A stretch of DNA of 32,000 nucleotides from Nostoc sp. PCC 7120 = FACHB-418 (GTDB taxonomy: Bacteria > Cyanobacteriota > Cyanobacteriia > Cyanobacteriales > Nostocaceae): the NCBI RefSeq assembly GCF_000009705.1, contig NC_003272.1, forward strand, positions 1,680,001 through 1,712,000, read 5' to 3'. Every line of letters starts with the position of its first letter. Position 1 is the stretch's first letter. This document shows, one piece after another, positions 25,991-32,000 of the stretch. Made by a program: the position numbers and the translations under genes. The notes beneath the pieces were generated by a model. That model was not told the origin of the DNA and did no database searches. It worked only from the letters and a program-made list of their open reading frames with translations.

Positions 25991-27145
25991 ATGCAAATAC
26001 GCTTTTTTGCTACCAACCGCGATCGCCAAAATCTAGGTCTCAATGTTGACCGTGATACACGCATTAAATTACTAAAATTTGGTTATCACTGGGTTGATAT
26101 GAAAAAATATATGGCTCACTATTTGGCGACTACTGATCCTTCAACTATGCCACCAGGAGTAATTATTGAAGATTCTGAGGAGACTGTATTTAACAAGTTT
26201 CTCAAAAAAGAGGCCGTAAAACACATTATCATTGGCACTCATGGTTACAATGTTCCTTTTCATGGGGCATTAACTTCTTTTTCGATTTTGGCAGACACCC
26301 TTAAGGGAGCCTTAAAAAAGCATAATTTTACTTTGATTGCTGATCCAGAAGAAAAGATAGATATCGACAACTCCAACCAAAATTTAATCGCTTTTGTCGG
26401 ATTTTCCTGGCCTTCCAATGGCAAAGTTTTAGATTACAATTCGGATCGTACTGAGTGTGTACAATCTGCCCCAGCCTTAGCTAATCTGATCAGTTATATT
26501 CGCACTAAAAAACCTGACATTAAAATCTACGTCATAGCTCACAGTATGGGCAGTTACCTTGTTTGCCATATGTTGGAACAGCTAGTTAACCAAGCCTTTG
26601 AGCCAACAGAATTGAATGAGGAGATTAAAAACAGATTAAAACGAAAAGATAGAGGCGGAGAAAATACTTTTTTTGTCGATCGCTATTTTATGTTAGCTCC
26701 TGATGTGGAACGTCGGGAAGTGACCAAGTGTGATCTAGGCGGATCTGAATATACAGGCCCGTTTTACTCTGGTCTGGAACACCTGGTTCAAGAAAGTCAT
26801 GTATTCTACTCTCGCTACGATAATGCACTAAAAGCCTCAGTAGTTGAAAAAGACGCAATTCGTGAGTCATTGCAGAAAGGATTCGAGTTATTCACCGGCC
26901 CCGACTTGCAAAAACGTTGGGAGAGCAGCCTTGGTCTCAACCCCTTACCAGCTTTAGCTCCCAATAATGTCTACAGTCATAATGCAACAGTGTTGACTAA
27001 TCGACAAATCGACCATGGAGACTATTTCGATGCTCCCGCAATCATAGATCAAATCGCCAATATCATATCTGAAGCAAATACTAGTCGCATTCCTGAGCTT
27101 CCCTGGCGTTTTTCTGAGTCAAGCGATCGCCCTCTAATAGAGTAA
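25991..27145 (+). CDS. Alpha/beta-hydrolase, DUF900-like putative esterase/lipase
   Basis: The N-terminus ...FFATNRDR is typical of DUF900. GTHGYNVPF is present, along with the nucleophile elbow VIAHSMGSY (GxSxG-type). Confidence 0.7.
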   Translation: MQIRFFATNRDRQNLGLNVDRDTRIKLLKFGYHWVDMKKYMAHYLATTDPSTMPPGVIIEDSEETVFNKFLKKEAVKHIIIGTHGYNVPFHGALTSFSILADTLKGALKKHNFTLIADPEEKIDIDNSNQNLIAFVGFSWPSNGKVLDYNSDRTECVQSAPALANLISYIRTKKPDIKIYVIAHSMGSYLVCHMLEQLVNQAFEPTELNEEIKNRLKRKDRGGENTFFVDRYFMLAPDVERREVTKCDLGGSEYTGPFYSGLEHLVQESHVFYSRYDNALKASVVEKDAIRESLQKGFELFTGPDLQKRWESSLGLNPLPALAPNNVYSHNATVLTNRQIDHGDYFDAPAIIDQIANIISEANTSRIPELPWRFSESSDRPLIE

Positions 27146-27506
27146 AATTTGAGATGCAAAAATTAACGTCGGCTCAATAGCTCATGGCGATGACCTTCGG
27201 CTGTCGGGGACTATCGCATCAGAGATAATTAATCATGTCTGCATACATAACTTAAAAGCTCATGAAAACATGGTTCCGGTATGTGTTGATATCGAATGCA
27301 ATCTTCAATTTGTTTGGAGCAGTCATGTTTGCAATTCTTTGCGATCACTTTTATCTACTGGCTGTTTCAAACCAGTCAAAAAACTTAGCTATCGCCAAAT
27401 AGACAATTTGCTACTATTAAAAAAATTGAGAATTGCCTACAATCCAAATTAGGTAATAAACTCCGATCGGAGACCATCGCCAGAATAGCAGATTTGCAAA
27501 AACACT

Positions 27507-28085
27507 ATGGCAAAACGCAAGAAAAGCAATCTCCAGTGGATTAAAGAAACTCTCGACTTAAAACCAGACCATCGTTGGGAAGCGCCAGATGGCTACAGAA
27601 TATTTGTAGCTAATCGCGGGGCTGTTCGCTTCAACGTCCCTCAAGACTGGTTTTTTGAGCCACAGGAAAAATCCTTCAAATTCAGCGATAAAAAACCACC
27701 CAAAGATGATTGCGCGTTGGAAGTGTCTTTTAATCAACTTCCTCCCAACGACTGGACTCTGTTTCCCCTCAAATCCACCTTGAGGAAAGTAGTAGAAGAC
27801 GACGGCCGTGATGTGATTGAGAAAGGAGAAATCATTAGCCTCAAGCGCCAAACTGCCAAAATTGTCTGGACAGAACTCAAATTTATCGATACCCAAGAAG
27901 AACCACGGGAAGCTTTTTCGCGGATTTGCATTGGTTTGGGGTCAAATGTGCAATGTTTGATTACATTCGAGTTTTGGGCTGATCAAGCAGAGCAAATGAC
28001 ACCTGTTTGGGATGAAGTCATGCGATCGCTTACACTAGGTCTGTATATCCGTGACCCAAGCACTGGTTTGGCTTTCCCCGACTGA
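27507..28085 (+). CDS. Hypothetical protein (192 aa)
   Basis: The long ORF has an ATG start and lies 28 nt upstream of the P450 start on the same strand. I recognise no family. Confidence 0.55.
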
Positions 28086-28113
28086 GCCACAGTTAATAAT
28101 CAGGGTAAATATT

Positions 28114-29493
28114 ATGTTGACTCAATTACCAAATCCTATTAGTGTCCCTTCATGGTGGCAACTTATCAATTGGATTGCTGATCCGATTGGATTTCAGAAA
28201 AAATATAGTAAAAAGTATGGCAACATTTTTTCCATGCAGCTTGCTGGAATCGGCTCTTTCGTAATTTTAGGGGAGCCTCAAGCTCTTCAAGAAATTTTCA
28301 CCCAAGATTCTAGATTTGATGTTGGTCGGGGAAATACACTTGCAGAGCCTCTCATTGGGCGAACTTCTCTTATGTTAATGGATGGCGATCGCCATCGACG
28401 AGAACGAAAATTATTAATGCCCCCCTTTCATGGAGAAAGGCTACAAGCTTATGCTCAACAAATCTGCTTAATTACCAACCAGATCGCCAGCGAATGGCAA
28501 ATTGGGCAACCTTTTGTTGCTAGGTCTGCCATGCAGAAACTGAGTCTAGAGGTGATTATACAAATTGTCTTTGGTTTAGCTGACGGAGAACGCTATCAAC
28601 AAATAAAGCCTCTATTCACAGATTGGCTGAATATGACTGATTCTCCCTTACGCTCCAGTATGCTTTTTCTAAAGTCCCTACAAAAAGATTGGGGAACCTG
28701 GACTCCTTGGGGACAGATGAAACATAAACAACGTTCTATTTATGATCTACTCCAAGCAGAAATAGAAGAGAAAAGAACAAAGGAAAATGAGCAGCGCGGT
28801 GATGTTCTAAGTTTGATGATGGCAGCACGAGATGAAAATGGGCAAGCCATGACAGACGAGGAACTAAAAGATGAATTGCTAACAATTTTATTTGCTGGAC
28901 ATGAAACTACCGCAACCACAATAGCGTGGGCTTTCTATCAAATTTTAAAAAATGTAAATGTGCAGGAAAAATTACAGCAGGAACTCGACAGATTGGGAGC
29001 AAACCCTAACCCAATGGAAATTGCCCAGCTTCCTTACCTAACAGCAGTTTCTCAAGAAACTCTGCGGATGTATCCAGTCTTACCAACACTTTTTCCACGC
29101 ATTACCAAATCATCTATAAATATTGCCGGATACCAATTGGAACCTGACACAACCTTAATGGCGAGTATATACCTCATACATTACCGGGAAGACTTGTATC
29201 CTAATCCTCAACAATTTCGACCAGAACGTTTTATAGAACGGCAATATTCTCCTTCAGAATACATTCCTTTTGGTGGTGGAAGTCGTCGCTGTTTGGGATA
29301 TGCTCTAGCTCTGTTAGAAATAAAATTGGTTATTGCAACAGTTCTATCAAATTATCAACTTGCTCTAGCGGAAGATAAACCTGTTAACGTGCAACGACGT
29401 GGATTTACCCTGGCTCCAGATGGTGGAGTTAGGGTAATAATGACTGGCAAAAAATCATTGAAATTTGAGCAAAGTAGCAAGATTTTCAACTGA
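28114..29493 (+). CDS. cyp110: Cytochrome P450 (the CYP110-type P450 known from the nifD element)
   Basis: The heme-binding loop is [14 protein letters not shown] (FxxGxRxCxG). The I-helix is FAGHETTA and the K-helix is ETLR. I start it at ATG 28114 (MLTQLPNPI); the track uses an upstream GTG at 28051 that overlaps the preceding gene. Confidence 0.92.
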
Positions 29494-29877
29494 AGATTTG
29501 ACAGTATTTCATATTGAGCTTATTTAGAAGCGTCAAGGCGAATTAAGTTAGTATTGATTAACCCATAGAATACTAATTATTGAGCATATAGATACAATAA
29601 CTTATGACTCTATCTGAGATACTTCCTGCTGTTCGGAGACTTTCCACAACAGAAAAACTCAAGCAGACTTCGCAGCAGTCAAGTTAGTGTCTGCATGGGT
29701 GCGTAGTCCGAATGCACCTCTAATTCTTGGTCAAACCAACTTTTTTATTGAGTTCGACGTTTGCTTTTACCGTTCCCAGTTTGAGTTTGAAGTACAACCA
29801 AAGTCCTCAACAGCAAGCTAACAATCATTGGGCTCGGACTAATTTGCGATCGCCATCACTGTGTCTTTTATACCTTG

Positions 29878-29954
29878 GCGTAGCTTACCATAGCGATCGC
29901 GTAGCTAATCAAGGTAATTGCATTCTTTTTATGACGATAAGATAAATTATCAGT
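29878..29954 (+). repeat. 77-bp direct repeat, copy A
   Basis: The sequence is GCGTAGCTTACCATAGCGATCGCGTAGCTAATCAAGGTAATTGCATTCTTTTTATGACGATAAGATAAATTATCAGT. It matches copy B at 70 of 77 positions, and the two copies are offset by 351 bp. Confidence 0.8.
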
Positions 29955-29983
29955 CACGCCATTAGAGTTAATAGGAGCGCAAA

Positions 29984-30100
29984 ATGACGGAGAATGATCA
30001 GGCAATCAGCCAAATACGTCAAATTCGCCACATGATATCTGAGGAAAATGAACACAACCCTCAGAAACTGGTGAATTACTACATCCAACTCCAGAAGTAA
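29984..30100 (+). CDS. Small ORF (38 aa) with a strong Shine-Dalgarno sequence, bracketed by the 77-bp repeats
   Basis: AGGAG (29973-29977) lies 6 nt upstream of the ATG. The translation is MTENDQAISQIRQIRHMISEENEHNPQKLVNYYIQLQK*. It resembles part of small conserved proteins I recall from cyanobacteria and may be truncated. Confidence 0.4.
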   Translation: MTENDQAISQIRQIRHMISEENEHNPQKLVNYYIQLQK

Positions 30101-30228
30101 TATCCTCACCTCATACAATATAATCCACAGACAGAACTTTTAAAATCGTCACCACAAAAAGGTATTGAAGCCTAAATACGCAAGTAATCTGTAAAGTCTG
30201 CCAAGTTGTAAAAAATTTTATTGCATTA

Positions 30229-30305
30229 GCGTAGTTTACTGTAGCGATCGCCTAGCTAATCAAGATAATTGCATTCTGTTGATGACGATAAGATAAATTA
30301 TCAGT
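30229..30305 (+). repeat. 77-bp direct repeat, copy B
   Basis: The sequence is GCGTAGTTTACTGTAGCGATCGCCTAGCTAATCAAGATAATTGCATTCTGTTGATGACGATAAGATAAATTATCAGT. Confidence 0.8.
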
Positions 30306-30645
30306 GATGGGAACAACTACTTAAGCTTACCGTAGGTATCGCTAACTTTAGCCATTAGTGCGTTAGCGGAGCTTACCGTAGGTATCGCCAGCCCATCAAG
30401 CTAATTCAATCATATAAAAATCCAAGGTTTTTTATGTGCTTACATAAATGCGCTTACACAAATTTTATCTAAAATATGAATGTATTATTTAATACTTTAT
30501 TTTTTTGGCTATAACTTTAGCTAATGCTCGCAAGAAATCTATATAATCTAGATTTGTGTTTAACTTGTTTACGTAATAATACTACTACAAGCAATCTTAA
30601 ATTGGTGCTAAATTAAAACAATACTTTAATACTACTGAGAGGCAG

Positions 30646-30933
30646 TTGTTAGTGATACCAGAAGGGACAGTGGTTGTGGAAGCAAACGTCAGACTGACTG
30701 TCAAAATCTTAAAAGATGGCGATCAGGTTTTAAATGTCTGGTACTGCAATTCAAGTTATTTTGTCGCCATCCGACAAAATAATGGAGAGGTTTGTGTGTA
30801 TTCTGTAACCTTAGATGAAGAAAAGATTCCAAGACTAAGCAAAACTCCGCCTTTGAAAGTCACATTTGGTGAAGGTGAGGTAGAAGCCATTATAAGTTCA
30901 GAAGATGGAGATATTAAAGTAACGACTGACTAA
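30646..30933 (+). CDS. Hypothetical protein (about 93-95 aa), first gene of the HNH mini-operon
   Basis: The ORF has a non-ATG start (TTG 30646 or GTG 30652) preceded by GAGAGG (30637-30642). The next ORF follows 26 nt later on the same strand. I recognise no family. Confidence 0.45.
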   Translation: MLVIPEGTVVVEANVRLTVKILKDGDQVLNVWYCNSSYFVAIRQNNGEVCVYSVTLDEEKIPRLSKTPPLKVTFGEGEVEAIISSEDGDIKVTTD

Positions 30934-30959
30934 GCAGGAACTTCAAACACAAATATATT

Positions 30960-31163
30960 ATGGCAAAAAATTCAGACAGAAATCGAGCTATTAACGCAAA
31001 AATTGACAATTTGACTGCTGAAGAGCAAGAAAAACTCAGCGACGCTATAAGGAAAGCTAAAAGAAGTATTGCTCCAAATGCCAGATCCACAGTTGTTGAA
31101 TACGAGCAAGGTAAGTTACCTTCTTCTCAATCTCAAAATCAACTTGAAGGACAGAACGATTAA
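30960..31163 (+). CDS. Hypothetical charged small protein (67 aa)
   Basis: It has an ATG start, sits tightly between the flanking same-strand ORFs, and is Lys/Glu/Gln-rich. I recognise no family. Confidence 0.45.
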   Translation: MAKNSDRNRAINAKIDNLTAEEQEKLSDAIRKAKRSIAPNARSTVVEYEQGKLPSSQSQNQLEGQND

Positions 31164-31189
31164 AGTAAGAATTTGAGAAATAACATTTT

Positions 31190-31420
31190 ATGACACAAAA
31201 AAGACCTTACGAACATCGAAAAGCACAAAAACAAGTCAAGAATTTAGAATCTTATCAATGTATGGTTTGCTGGGAGGTTAACTCCAAAGCTAATGGTCAT
31301 CACTTAATTCCCTATAGTGAAGGAGGTTCTGCTGATATTCAAAACATGATGACTCTTTGTCCTTCATGTCATACAAAGTATCATAAAGGTGAACTAAAAA
31401 TCGATATTCATAGATTTTGA
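31190..31420 (+). CDS. Small HNH endonuclease
   Basis: CMVCWEVNSKANGHHLIPYSEGGSADIQNMMTLCPSCHTKYH carries the HNH motif (H-H...N...H) with flanking CxxC pairs. Confidence 0.8.
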   Translation: MTQKRPYEHRKAQKQVKNLESYQCMVCWEVNSKANGHHLIPYSEGGSADIQNMMTLCPSCHTKYHKGELKIDIHRF

Positions 31421-31470
31421 TATTGACTAACAAAGCTCAGTATCTTAAGTTTATTATTCGCAATTTATAT

Positions 31471-31530
31471 CAATAGTTGTGTTGAAGAGACTCACAACTC
31501 TATTGTAGAGGATGTTTTTAGCATCCTCTA
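31471..31530. terminator. Two adjacent hairpins downstream of the HNH gene (candidate bidirectional terminator)
   Basis: The first hairpin is CAATAGTTGTG (31471-31481) against CACAACTCTATTG (31493-31505), with a 2-nt bulge. The second is TAGAGGATG (31506-31514) against CATCCTCTA (31522-31530), followed by ATTTTACATTT. Confidence 0.5.
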
Positions 31531-31900
31531 ATTTTACATTTCTTTTCTATCCTTGAATAACTTTAATTATTTTCTATATAGTAGCTGGAATATAGATTTT
31601 CTGTCGCATACCTCATCGCATACTTCCTAGTCTTAGTGATTCAAAGCGATCGCCTAACCGACCCACATTAATCTAAAATAATAACAATTAAAATAGTCTT
31701 TTATTTTACAATTTTCATATACCCCAAATCTAACCAAAACCCAAAAACCAGACCCAATAACAGTTATATTGTCTTAAGCCGCAAAAATGTATTGTTCCCA
31801 GATAACCCTACAACCTGTATTTAGGCTAAAAATAGACTCTTTTTTCTCCCCTCACAAAAAAACCTTACCTCATCTGACATCTGCACCCCGTCGCCAAGTT

Positions 31901-31911
31901 CGGAGTAATCC
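31901..31911. repeat. Right (nifH-proximal) 11-bp recombination core of the nifD element
   Basis: CGGAGTAATCC is identical to 20612-20622. Confidence 0.92.
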
Positions 31912-32000
31912 CAAGAGTGCATTTGACGGAAGGGAAGACCCATCTTTTGGAAGACGTACTTCTCTTTAATACCAGAAGCAATTAAATCAGGCTTCTTAGC
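31901..32000 (-). CDS. nifD: Nitrogenase MoFe protein alpha chain, upstream segment (partial; continues beyond the right window edge)
   Basis: Manual reverse translation gives [33 protein letters not shown], a conserved NifD region. In the unrearranged state the frame runs on into the element and stops at 31821-31823. Confidence 0.92.

Larger units (their letters stand above)
20612..31911. mobile_element. nifD element: a developmentally excised, XisA-dependent DNA element interrupting nifD (both 11-bp repeats included)
   Basis: Identical 11-bp direct repeats sit at both nifD break points. A tyrosine recombinase gene lies just inside the left end. The repeat-to-repeat distance is 11,289 bp by my count. 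Removing one repeat plus the intervening DNA restores an uninterrupted nifD frame. Confidence 0.92.

Noticed and set aside
27262-27452. Two overlapping small + strand ORFs in different frames between the hydrolase and the 192-aa gene: the track ORF 27270-27452, and a 46-aa hydrophobic ORF at 27262-27402 (MKTWFRYVLISNAIFNLFGAVMFAILCDHFYLLAVSNQSKNLAIAK)
   Set aside because: Neither has a recognisable ribosome-binding site or family. The hydrophobic one is the more protein-like, but I cannot support calling either from sequence alone.
28051-28113. GTG-initiated 21-codon extension of the P450 ORF, and similar track extensions at 22326, 24898 and 6885
   Set aside because: The extensions overlap upstream genes or repeat elements. 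Downstream ATG codons with better context give N-termini typical of the families.
29727-29945. 72-aa + strand ORF in the decayed zone
   Set aside because: It has a non-ATG start. It runs through HIP1 sites and through copy A of the 77-bp repeat, and ends within it. Its composition is not protein-like.
31787-31969. 60-aa + strand ORF spanning the right element/nifD junction
   Set aside because: It is antisense to nifD and crosses the recombination core. It would be destroyed by excision, and its composition is Pro/Arg/Ser-rich junk.

Overview
This window looks like chromosome from a heterocyst-forming Nostoc/Anabaena, and its organisation matches what is known for Anabaena/Nostoc sp. PCC 7120. 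HIP1 octamers (GCGATCGC), heptameric STRR arrays and small MITE-like hairpin repeats are frequent throughout.

From left to right the window holds three blocks:

- **Housekeeping genes (1-7400):** leuC-leuD, two short-chain dehydrogenases, a PrmA-like methyltransferase, a small XRE regulator and hupW.
- **Uncharacterised minus-strand operon (7472-10310):** a CBS-CP12 fusion protein, an ankyrin protein, a SagB-type dehydrogenase and a 124-aa protein.
- **Late nif cluster (10957-20622):** mop (plus strand), followed on the minus strand by a feoA-like gene, fdxH, hesB, hesA, nifW, a small nif-cluster ORF, a DUF269 gene, nifX, nifN, nifE, a Mo-nitrogenase C-domain gene, nifK and the 3' end of nifD.

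The dominant feature is that nifD is split. Its last 46 codons end at 20622 and its upstream part resumes at 31901. Both break points carry the same 11-bp direct repeat (CGGAGTAATCC on the + strand), and the intervening ~11.3 kb begins with the tyrosine recombinase gene xisA. This is the known developmentally excised nifD element, captured here in the unrearranged vegetative-cell state, so the element itself is not novel.

What is poorly explained is its cargo and some of its end structure:

- A protein with a DUF4145/HEPN-like RNase motif lies next to xisA.
- Two convergent Uma2 nuclease genes follow, one carrying an in-frame stop.
- A co-directional run encodes a membrane/coiled-coil protein, a DUF900 hydrolase, an unknown protein and a cytochrome P450 (CYP110).
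- A decayed, repeat-rich zone follows the P450 gene.
- A three-gene HNH mini-operon sits at the right end.
- A phased TAGGCTAA-type motif occurs just inside both element ends. It could be an accessory recombinase-binding site.

All identifications come from reading the translations and the DNA by eye. No database search was run.
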